From a virus (Duplodnaviria; Caudoviricetes): DNA of 43,164 nt. The notes under the pieces were generated by a model. It did not search any database, had not been told where the DNA came from, and worked only from the letters and a program-made list of their open reading frames with translations. Of the stretch, positions 28,575 to 36,544 are shown piece by piece. Position numbers and translations under genes: made by a program. Every line of letters starts with the position of its first letter. The stretch's first letter is position 1. The stretch is taken from positions 1 through 43,164 of the IMG/VR virus record IMGVR_UViG_3300044723_003813; one strand, 5' to 3'.

Positions 28575-30797
28575 ATGATGAAGTTTGCAAGATTGCTTTT
28601 AGAGAGTTACTCTAGACTACATGAAGCTAATGAAGGTTTGATGTGGTTAACGGGTCAGCAGATGCCAGCCCCAGGGCAAGAGCTTCCTTTAAACCATCCT
28701 ACTGGTCAAGGGGTGAAAGACCCTACCATCATACTTTACACTGATGATCAGAATATAGTAAGGGCTAAGGGTGGACCTTTCGGTAGCTTCCCTGTACAAG
28801 TTAACGCTATACCTCAAGATCCTAAACTTAAATCTAAGATAAATAACTGGTATGCTGGAACCGAGGAAGAAGGGGGTGATGAAACCACTCAACAGACAGA
28901 GGTTCCTGAGGTGGATCCTTATGAGATGGATCCCGTATTCTCTCAACTCAATGAGGAAGATAGAGATAGGTTAAAGAGACTAGACGCCCTACTGCCAGAG
29001 ACTTCTAAAAGACTTAAATCTATATTTGAAAACGCAAAGGATTCAGTAACTGAAATAAGTGAGCGTAAACTTCTTCAAAAGGTATTAGGGGGAGCTTCCA
29101 GAGGATCGTTAGCCTACAATTTAGAAAAAGAATTATCTAAAGGTAGAGAGGCTGTTAAATTTGAAAGATCAGATTTCATCGGGTTTGCATTAGATCCTGA
29201 TTTGAAACTTACAGCACTGCAAGGATCTCTTGAAACTATGGAGCAGTTTTCTAAGGCTTTTAAGAATGCATCTACCTGTGAGCAAAGTGTTGACAACATG
29301 ACAGATGTAGCAGACAAAGTAAGGATAAGTGAATCAGGTAGTATATTCTTTAAAAACTCTTACGAGGTAAACGGTTTCGGTATCTCCTTAAGTATAGCTA
29401 AAGAGAACCCTCTTAATATTATGGCTTCTCAATACAATGATAAGCTTGACGCATGTTATAAGGAGGGTGCATCTGACTGGCATATACCTGTTAAAGAAAT
29501 TAAAGCTAATGCTACTGGGGATGGTGGAAATGTAAGTAACATGATCAAAGAGGTTAGTGAAAAGGTTCAGGTAGCTGCATTCCATTTTGCCAAAGGTAAT
29601 GTTAGTAAAGCGAAAGAGATGATCATGGACATCTACTCTGAGTTCGGTGAAGAAGCTTTCAGAAGATTAGAACTGCGTAAGGACATTGACGCTGGTGAAA
29701 ATATACTGGACGAGGAATACCAACAGATGATTGATGAGCTAGAAGCTTTCGGAATCAGTGCTGCTGATGATGTTAAGAACTTTGCTAAGGCATACTTGAA
29801 ATCATACCTGTTAGAGTCAGCGACATTCGCTAAAGATATAGGAGCAGATTACGCAGTGAGAGTAGGTGGTACTGCTGGTAAGGGTGATAAGTCTGATGTT
29901 GATTATGTGATGAAGCAGAAGCCTATAAACCTACCTAAAGGAGTAGTCATGCATAAAGTCAAATTTGAGAGGCTTGCACCTGAGGTACAGAAGGAGATTG
30001 GAACACCTACACAGGAAGAGTATTATCTTATAAAGGACTCACTTAAGACATATGGAAATGAGGGTGAGGTGAAGGTTGGAACAGCTTACAGTATAGAGAC
30101 TGAGGCTGGCAGGCTTTTAGACGATAGCGATAGCCATGGATCTTATGTGTGGGATAGTCTAGGTGTAGATGATAAGACTAAGGCTGCTGGAAGAGAGGTA
30201 CTTAATAAGATGCAAAACACCTCTTCCAAACTTAAGACCTTGTTAGGTAAAGACTTTCAAACAGGGTCAATGAGTGTAAGCAATGTAAAGTCTTTTCTAT
30301 CTAAACAAATAGAGGGTATAGCTAAACAAGCTGGAGCAGACAGAGAAACTATAAGAGCTATGAAAAAGGTCCTGTCCGATTACCAGAAAGGTGGAGATAA
30401 TAAGGCTGTCCTAGGTATGCTTGATAGAGAGTTTATGATGTTAAACCTTAAGAATTCTCTAGAGTATAACGACGATGGTACTGTTAATAAAAGAAAATCC
30501 CAAGGAGGACTTGCAGCCATTGCAGCATTACAAGCCTCCATGGGAGTAGACAGTACAGGTATTAAACCTCAATCAACTATTCACATACTAGGAACAGGTA
30601 ATACCTATAGACATGATCAAAATGATTCTATCGTTAATCCATTGCTCGAACTCCTAGACCCAGAATCCCAGCGTAATGTAACCTTAGGATCCTCAAAGAT
30701 AACTATAGATCAAGATGGATCCTTTGAGATGAAAGCAGGTAAGGGTAGAGCTTCAGGTAATGGTTATGTTAATACTAATCATTTAAAGAAGAACTGA
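28575..30797 (+). CDS. Hypothetical 740-aa protein; possible packaged internal protein with PD-(D/E)XK-like segment
   Basis: N-term MMKFARLLLESYSRLHE; K-S-D-V ... S-L-K motif pair. The ORF is clear; the function is speculative. Confidence 0.45.
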   Translation: MMKFARLLLESYSRLHEANEGLMWLTGQQMPAPGQELPLNHPTGQGVKDPTIILYTDDQNIVRAKGGPFGSFPVQVNAIPQDPKLKSKINNWYAGTEEEGGDETTQQTEVPEVDPYEMDPVFSQLNEEDRDRLKRLDALLPETSKRLKSIFENAKDSVTEISERKLLQKVLGGASRGSLAYNLEKELSKGREAVKFERSDFIGFALDPDLKLTALQGSLETMEQFSKAFKNASTCEQSVDNMTDVADKVRISESGSIFFKNSYEVNGFGISLSIAKENPLNIMASQYNDKLDACYKEGASDWHIPVKEIKANATGDGGNVSNMIKEVSEKVQVAAFHFAKGNVSKAKEMIMDIYSEFGEEAFRRLELRKDIDAGENILDEEYQQMIDELEAFGISAADDVKNFAKAYLKSYLLESATFAKDIGADYAVRVGGTAGKGDKSDVDYVMKQKPINLPKGVVMHKVKFERLAPEVQKEIGTPTQEEYYLIKDSLKTYGNEGEVKVGTAYSIETEAGRLLDDSDSHGSYVWDSLGVDDKTKAAGREVLNKMQNTSSKLKTLLGKDFQTGSMSVSNVKSFLSKQIEGIAKQAGADRETIRAMKKVLSDYQKGGDNKAVLGMLDREFMMLNLKNSLEYNDDGTVNKRKSQGGLAAIAALQASMGVDSTGIKPQSTIHILGTGNTYRHDQNDSIVNPLLELLDPESQRNVTLGSSKITIDQDGSFEMKAGKGRASGNGYVNTNHLKKN

Positions 30798-31303
30798 TTA
30801 TGTATCTTTAGAAGGTCATCCATATAGAGCATGATATACTCTTTACCTTCTTTACTTATTAATGTACTATATGAATCAGTATAGTTTATTATTTCTTCTT
30901 TATACTCAAGTATTGATATGATAGGCTGCCGATCCTGTGCCATAAAAAGAATCGGTGCTTTTCCTGCTGACGCCGCGTCCCGCTCCATATGTTCTATCCA
31001 CTCCCAAAGTTTTGATTGAAAATCTAACATGGAGTTGAAGCCGAGGTTGTTATACCCCTTCTTGCATTCTATAATGTATGCAAATGTCTGAGGAGTGATA
31101 AGATCTCCCTGGATTTGTAGATGTTTCGGTAGCGTATGTGTCGTTGCGAAAGCTCCTGATCCTGGGGTCCGAGCGAACTCTTTTGTATCGAATCTTTCAT
31201 TGAGTATTTTGGCGACTTTGTTTTCGAAGGCTGCGCCCTTCGCCCTACTATTCTTTCGCTTGGGCTTGGATCGCAGTTTCGATAAATCGTAATTATCTTC
31301 CAA
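30779..31303 (-). CDS. Holliday junction resolvase (Hjc-like PD-(D/E)XK nuclease)
   Basis: NSRAKGAAFE..VA..L, FARTPGSGA, GDL, IECKK; TTG start preceded by GAGGT SD. Confidence 0.85.
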   Translation of the reverse strand: MEDNYDLSKLRSKPKRKNSRAKGAAFENKVAKILNERFDTKEFARTPGSGAFATTHTLPKHLQIQGDLITPQTFAYIIECKKGYNNLGFNSMLDFQSKLWEWIEHMERDAASAGKAPILFMAQDRQPIISILEYKEEIINYTDSYSTLISKEGKEYIMLYMDDLLKIHNQFFFK

Positions 31304-31320
31304 TTCTATTTACCTCTGTA

Positions 31321-31329
31321 CTATTATAG
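31321..31329. promoter_or_regulatory. Palindromic CTAT-W-ATAG element in a divergent intergenic gap; putative bidirectional -10 box
   Basis: CTATTATAG (reads TATAAT on the - strand) in a 29-bp gap; identical 9-mer at 32286. Confidence 0.55.
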
Positions 31330-31332
31330 ACC

Positions 31333-31671
31333 ATGAGTGATGAAACACTTACTACTGAAAATCTTTCAATAAACAGGATTAGAGTTGACCAAAGGAGTAA
31401 AGGTCGAATGAAACTGACAATTAAATTATCAAAAGATGAGGCTGAAGCCTATTCTGGATTCCAGAAAAGCATTAACATGGAGCGCGAAAAGGGAGGTGAG
31501 CCTATTCTAAAGGAGGATGAGTTCGCTAAACTAGCTCTAATCGTAGGTCTTCAAACACTGGAGAAGCTACACATCGAAAGGCTGGCTGCTGAACTAGAGA
31601 AGCGGCACAAAGAGTCTGAATCAGTCGAACCTGAAATTGTAGAAGATGAAACTGAAGAAACTGAGGAGTGA
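31333..31671 (+). CDS. Hypothetical protein (112 aa, acidic tail)
   Basis: ORF divergent from the resolvase; no recognisable motif. Confidence 0.65.
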   Translation: MSDETLTTENLSINRIRVDQRSKGRMKLTIKLSKDEAEAYSGFQKSINMEREKGGEPILKEDEFAKLALIVGLQTLEKLHIERLAAELEKRHKESESVEPEIVEDETEETEE

Positions 31672-31978
31672 AAACCACCTGAACAAAGTGGTCAAGCAAG
31701 CTCGCCAGAGTAAGCAAGCCACAATGTTCTTTATTACTTCTCCCTGGGACCTCCAGGGCAAGAAGATTATCCAAGAACTAGACGAGGCTTATGAGGAAGC
31801 TATCATCGACTTCTATGAGGTCGATTACTTCGAGCTACCTCACGCCTTTGTGATCTTTAAATCAAAGGTCCCAGGTCTAGTATGTGTAGACGGGAAGGTG
31901 ACACGGGTGTATGACAACCCGATGTCTATCAGGGCTGAGTTGGGTCTCGATACCCTTGCAATTCCTCAAACGCCTTGA
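31646..31978 (+). CDS. Thioredoxin-fold protein lacking the CxxC active site
   Basis: FITSPWDLQGKKI aligns by eye with the thioredoxin F.A.WCGPCK.I motif; also FYEVD, a cis-Pro-like VP, and DGK. Confidence 0.6.
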   Translation: MKLKKLRSENHLNKVVKQARQSKQATMFFITSPWDLQGKKIIQELDEAYEEAIIDFYEVDYFELPHAFVIFKSKVPGLVCVDGKVTRVYDNPMSIRAELGLDTLAIPQTP

Positions 31979-32279
31979 TCTTTTCCGCGTACTTTTTGTC
32001 CTTCGTGTAAACTAATTTAAGGTTATTAACGATAACCGTTGTGAAAAAATTGAAGGCGCTCCCTTTTTCAGGATTGAAATTTTGGAGCGTCTTCAATATT
32101 AACACGAAGCAATCCTGCTTTGCATCCTCAGGATCCACATCAAAGTTGAACGCACCCATTACATTCGAGACGAGGAGATCGAACATGGTGAACAGTTCTT
32201 CCTCATATGTTTTTCGATCTTCGAGATACAGTACTATTAACTCCTCGAAGCGTTTGTTGTCGATGTAATGTCTAGTCAT
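31929..32279 (-). CDS. gp55: Late-transcription sigma factor (T4 gp55-like), short
   Basis: HYIDNK.F...I..Y, D..QD, NFNPEKG.AF.FFT..I.N match the gp55 pattern HYVNNK ... NFDPEK..NPFAYFTQI. Confidence 0.82.
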   Translation of the reverse strand: MTRHYIDNKRFEELIVLYLEDRKTYEEELFTMFDLLVSNVMGAFNFDVDPEDAKQDCFVLILKTLQNFNPEKGSAFNFFTTVIVNNLKLVYTKDKKYAEKIKAFEELQGYRDPTQP

Positions 32280-32285
32280 ACTTAA

Positions 32286-32294
32286 CTATTATAG
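32286..32294. promoter_or_regulatory. Second CTAT-W-ATAG palindrome, between divergent gp55 and polymerase genes
   Basis: CTATTATAG in a 26-bp divergent gap. Confidence 0.55.
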
Positions 32295-32305
32295 TGTAAA
32301 CCCCA

Positions 32306-33316
32306 ATGCAACTTTCCAACCTCTATGAAGAAGCTCCCATTCACCCCTACTGTCAAGGATGTTCCCAACTCAAGCGGAACAAAGCAACCCATTGCATTCA
32401 AGATTATGAATCTCTGGACGAAGCTGATGTTCTATTTCTTTCTGACTCTTTCATTTACCATAATGGGAGGAGTAATCCTTTTAACAGCCGAGATTTGGAG
32501 ACGCTTACTGATATTCTGGTGGGATCAGATCTCCCAGGTGGATGTCGTGTTTCCTTCTCTGCTGCCGTAAAGTGTCCTACTGTGCGTGAGGCAGACATGA
32601 AGACTGCTGACACTCACGCATGTCGCCAGCACCTATGGGAAACCATAGACAAGGTAAAGCCTAAGCTAGTCTTTGCTTGTGGCAATCTTGCATTCAAGAT
32701 GGTCACTAAGAAGTCGGGTATCACCACGAAGAGAGGCAACGCATTTGATATCGACACTGGCAATCACCAGTTCGTGTGCGTACCTATCTTCCACCCATAC
32801 GCTGTACATACAGAACCTAAGAACAGGTTCATCTTCGAGCAGGACATCAAGAATGCCCTTGCCAAGGTTATCACTGGGCTTAAAGCAGAGAAGATCCCTG
32901 TGGAACTCATTATGTCCGAGGATGATTTCGATCATCTTGAATGGCTAGTCTACACTGACGAGGACATCGCGGTCGATACTGAAACCACAGGCTTAAATTT
33001 TCTACAAGATAAGCTCAACACGATTGCGTTCTCTGTACGGGACAAGAACTATGCTGTGCCTCTGTTCCACAAGGACGCACCCTGGGATGATTCTGATCAG
33101 GTATTGAAGCTTGTCAAGTCCATCTTAGAGAACCCAAAGAATCGCAAGGTGTTTCACAACGCCAAGTTCGACCTGAAATTCCTACACAATGTTGGAATCT
33201 ACCCAACGAATGTCTATGATACTAAGCTGATGGCTCACCTGTGGAACGAGGATGTTCCCAAGAGCTTGAAGGAACTCGTTAAGCTATTCTTCCCAGAGGG
33301 CATTGATCAACTCTAA
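32306..33316 (+). CDS. polA: Split family-A DNA polymerase, part 1: family-4 UDG-like (Fe-S) domain plus N-part of the 3'-5' exonuclease
   Basis: CQGC, AVKCP, ACRQHL, PKLVFACGN.A, PIFHP (UDG-F4/SPO1-type); ExoI AVDTETTG; ExoII FHNAKFDL; YDT.L.AHL..E....SLK.L. Confidence 0.88.
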   Translation: MQLSNLYEEAPIHPYCQGCSQLKRNKATHCIQDYESLDEADVLFLSDSFIYHNGRSNPFNSRDLETLTDILVGSDLPGGCRVSFSAAVKCPTVREADMKTADTHACRQHLWETIDKVKPKLVFACGNLAFKMVTKKSGITTKRGNAFDIDTGNHQFVCVPIFHPYAVHTEPKNRFIFEQDIKNALAKVITGLKAEKIPVELIMSEDDFDHLEWLVYTDEDIAVDTETTGLNFLQDKLNTIAFSVRDKNYAVPLFHKDAPWDDSDQVLKLVKSILENPKNRKVFHNAKFDLKFLHNVGIYPTNVYDTKLMAHLWNEDVPKSLKELVKLFFPEGIDQL

Positions 33317-33828
33317 TGTTAACAGTAAATGATAAGAACTTTGATTGGGCTAATATTCCGTTGGGTGATTGTCTCCATGGTAACGCTATGGATACTCACT
33401 TTACTCTTCGATTGTTCCACGCTCTTGAAGATAAACTAAGAGAGGAAGGTTGCTGGCATGTGATGGAGAAGCTACTGTCTCCTGTGCTACCAGTATTTTC
33501 TGAGATGGAATATGAAGGGCTACATGTAGCACCAGAGGAACTAGGTTCTGTGGGTAAGAGCTTGGACAAACAATCTATGTCCAAGGAAGATGATCTATTG
33601 ATGGCACCACAAGCAAAGCGTGGAGCTAACCTAGCATCGACTGTGGATCTAAGAGAGATTCTTTATACTGACGAGAAGGGGTTTCTACTATATCCTCCGA
33701 AGCGTACAGGCAAGGGAGAACCTTCGACAGACAAGGCAACCCTTGACGAACTACTGGACTTTATTACTGATGAGTTGAACGACCGTGCGAAGAAGCAGAG
33801 AAGATCAAGAAAAGCTGACCGCTCGTAG
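33316..33828 (+). CDS. polA: Split family-A DNA polymerase, part 2: ExoIII helix plus thumb
   Basis: NAMD..FT.RL (ExoIII), PV..EMEY.G..V, NLAS..DL.EILY, T..G.PSTDK.TL. Confidence 0.85.
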   Translation: MLTVNDKNFDWANIPLGDCLHGNAMDTHFTLRLFHALEDKLREEGCWHVMEKLLSPVLPVFSEMEYEGLHVAPEELGSVGKSLDKQSMSKEDDLLMAPQAKRGANLASTVDLREILYTDEKGFLLYPPKRTGKGEPSTDKATLDELLDFITDELNDRAKKQRRSRKADRS

Positions 33829-34897
33829 TGTTCTACAAGAGCGTTCAACTCAGGAACTAGAACAAGCAAGAGAGTGGATCGCTGGACTGTTGGACTATCG
33901 TGCGGCAGCGAAGCTACACAAGACCTACATTCGGGGTTTACACACAGCCATTGATTACAATGGTTGTAACAAGGTCTACTGTGACTACAAGCTCGATGGT
34001 ACAGTTACAGGTCGGCTCTCTTGCGGCTCCTACAATGCTGAGAAAGCGATGGGTGTATCATTCCACACGCTACCTCGGGATACTAACAATAACATCCGAC
34101 GCATCTTTGTAGCTCCTGACGACGAGGCGTTCATCACTATCGACTACGCAGGCATGGAACTCAGAGTTCTGGCTCATGTAGCAGAGGATGAGCGCATGTG
34201 TAAGGCATTCCAAGATGGCGTCGATCTACACACCTACTCTGCCTCGTTGCTGTTCAATAAACCAGCAGAGAAGGTGTTAAAAGAGGAACGGCAGATTGCT
34301 AAGGCAACCTCCTTCCTCATCGTATATGGTGGTACAGCCTTCACGCTTGCCAACAACAACAGGATTCCTCTACAACGCGCAGAGGCGATCATCAACACCT
34401 ATATGGAGGTCTTTCCTGGTATCGGGTCGTATATCAACAACACCTATGAGACGATCAGAGAGGACGGTTATATCACATCCATCTTTGGACGCAAAAGGCG
34501 TCTACCTAATGTGAGATCAAAGGATGACAAGATTGTTCGCAGGGCTCTACGCCAAGGTCTTAACTTCACTATCCAGTCAGCAGCATCAGACATTATCCTT
34601 TGTGGAATCAAGGGACTTAGCCAATCTCTACCAGCAACGGGAGCTAAGATTGTATCTACTGTCCACGACTCACTTGAGATAACTTGTCCCAAGAATTCTT
34701 TGCAAGAGTGCCTAGAGCTATGCTATAATGAGTTGGTGGAGACGCCTACTCTCCGTAAGGATTTCAACATCCACTTTGAAGTACCCCTCAAGATCGACGC
34801 CGAAGTAGGTCGTTCATTCGGTGATGGTCAAGAGGTTCATTACAAGGACGGAGCCGTCCAAAACATAACAGAACTACTAGGATATTTTAATGAATAA
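33785..34897 (+). CDS. polA: Split family-A DNA polymerase, part 3: palm/fingers catalytic domain
   Basis: LLDYR...KL..TY, GTVTGRLS, motif A IDYAGMELRVLAH, motif B RQIAKATSFLIVYG, FGRKR, N..IQS.ASD, motif C VHDS. Confidence 0.93.
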   Translation: MRRSREDQEKLTARSVLQERSTQELEQAREWIAGLLDYRAAAKLHKTYIRGLHTAIDYNGCNKVYCDYKLDGTVTGRLSCGSYNAEKAMGVSFHTLPRDTNNNIRRIFVAPDDEAFITIDYAGMELRVLAHVAEDERMCKAFQDGVDLHTYSASLLFNKPAEKVLKEERQIAKATSFLIVYGGTAFTLANNNRIPLQRAEAIINTYMEVFPGIGSYINNTYETIREDGYITSIFGRKRRLPNVRSKDDKIVRRALRQGLNFTIQSAASDIILCGIKGLSQSLPATGAKIVSTVHDSLEITCPKNSLQECLELCYNELVETPTLRKDFNIHFEVPLKIDAEVGRSFGDGQEVHYKDGAVQNITELLGYFNE

Positions 34898-35555
34898 GAA
34901 TCACACTGTCGAATGTTTGGACCACGGCTTCGTCCGTCTTATAGATTGGATGGGGTCCGATCTTACAGTGGTTAATGCTGCGCGGGTTTCTTTCAGTAAG
35001 ATGAGCAAGGAACTAACGGAGAAAGATGAGAAGCTCATCAACTATCTCGCAAAGCATAACCACTGGACCCCATTCGCCCATCCCCAGGTTCAATTTCACA
35101 TAAAAGCGCCGATCTTTGTGAGGACTCAACTCTTCAAGCATAAGGTAGGCATGGTAGAAAACGAGATCTCGCGTCGTTATGTTGATTTTGAACCTGATTT
35201 CTACACTCCTAATTACTGGCGTGAGCGTCCTGATAAAAGCATCAAGCAAGGCTCTGGTGATAAGGAGATCGAAGGTGCGGAGCGTGTAGAGAATATCTAC
35301 AAGCAATCCATTGACCTAGCCAGAGATGCTTACGAGGTTGCTCTGATTGAAGGAGTAGCACCAGAGATCGCAAGAGGTATCCTACCCCAATGTATGTACA
35401 CTGAATGGTACTGGACTGGCTCTCTTGCTTCATTGGCTCGCGTTGTCTTACAGCGTAGTGAGAACAACGCACAAGAGGAAACCCAACACTACGCATTTGC
35501 TATTGACGATATCATGTCAGACCTGTTCCCTATTGCTTGGAGAGCATTGGTATGA
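34890..35555 (+). CDS. thyX: FAD-dependent thymidylate synthase
   Basis: GFVRL.D.MG.DL.VVNAARVSF, LI.YL..H.HW.PF, APIFV..Q..KH, NEISRRY, GVAPE.AR..LPQ.MYTEWYWTG. Confidence 0.95.
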   Translation: MNKNHTVECLDHGFVRLIDWMGSDLTVVNAARVSFSKMSKELTEKDEKLINYLAKHNHWTPFAHPQVQFHIKAPIFVRTQLFKHKVGMVENEISRRYVDFEPDFYTPNYWRERPDKSIKQGSGDKEIEGAERVENIYKQSIDLARDAYEVALIEGVAPEIARGILPQCMYTEWYWTGSLASLARVVLQRSENNAQEETQHYAFAIDDIMSDLFPIAWRALV

Positions 35556-36544
35556 GAACACTTGTAATCGGAGACACACACTTTCACAACAGTAACAGGG
35601 CACTAAGACATGAACAAATCAATTGTATACGAGATCTCATTCAAGGAAATGTGTGTGATAATGTTGTATTTCTCGGTGATGTGTTTGACAAGCGCAGCCC
35701 TTCGCCTGAATGTATTCTCGATGTAATCGAACTATTTAAAGGAGTAAAGAAAAATGTGTTCATCTTGCGAGGTAATCATGACAGCGCCAGCAAAGCTGAC
35801 GATGGTGTTACCATTCTTAGTGTATTGCAGCGCAACGCTGTCTTCTCGTCTTCGGGGAGCGTTCGCGTATTTGAAAAGCCTACTGTCGTAAACTTCACTG
35901 ACGGTACTTACCATTTCATTCCACACTATGAAGACCAAACAGTTATTCAAAACGAGTTGGCTAACTCTCCAGAGGGTGCTGTCGTCTTTGGGCACTTTGG
36001 TTTTGATGGTGCTCTTAATAATGCTGGTGACGCCGATTGCGATATTGGTAGCGACCAGTTTAGTAATCTCACTATACTGGGTCATATTCACCAGCATACT
36101 ATCAGGGGAAACATCAAAGTTCTTGGGACCCCATACTCAACCTGCTTCCACGACGGAGGAGACAAGTTCTACGGAATAATCAAGGACGGAGAACTATACA
36201 TTGAAGAGATGGATACTGGTCCTATCCACCTCACCCTTACACCTAGAAATCTGACTGCACTTAACGACTACGAGAATCGGTATACTCTAGTTCGTCTCAT
36301 GCTTGAGCGTGATGACATGGACTATAATATATTCGATCTAAAACAAATGTATCCTCATGTTAACGAGTGGGACATACGGTATGTGCCAACCTACGACGAG
36401 GAGGAATTGAGTAGTTATAAGGCGGAAGCAGGATTGTTCCAAGTGAATGACCAGATCATTGATGATTACATTGGTCAGGCATCTACTATATGGAGCAAGG
36501 AAGAACTGAAAGCAGCACTGTCTGAACTACGCGATGAAGATTAA
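35552..36544 (+). CDS. gp47: Mre11/SbcD-like metallophosphoesterase nuclease (T4 gp47-like)
   Basis: IGDTH, LGDVFD, GNHD, GH, LGHIH, GTPY; ATG 35552 in ATGA overlap with thyX. Confidence 0.9.
   Translation: MRTLVIGDTHFHNSNRALRHEQINCIRDLIQGNVCDNVVFLGDVFDKRSPSPECILDVIELFKGVKKNVFILRGNHDSASKADDGVTILSVLQRNAVFSSSGSVRVFEKPTVVNFTDGTYHFIPHYEDQTVIQNELANSPEGAVVFGHFGFDGALNNAGDADCDIGSDQFSNLTILGHIHQHTIRGNIKVLGTPYSTCFHDGGDKFYGIIKDGELYIEEMDTGPIHLTLTPRNLTALNDYENRYTLVRLMLERDDMDYNIFDLKQMYPHVNEWDIRYVPTYDEEELSSYKAEAGLFQVNDQIIDDYIGQASTIWSKEELKAALSELRDED

Noticed and set aside
33280-33860. Intein or self-splicing intron as the cause of the polymerase split
   Set aside because: There is no intervening non-coding sequence or homing endonuclease, and no intein terminal residues at the junctions.
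33826-33960. TAG recoding or readthrough, since PolA part 2 is the only main gene ending in TAG
   Set aside because: Reading through the TAG gives non-PolA sequence and soon meets a TGA. The continuation is in the +1 frame, and the other genes are intact under the standard code.
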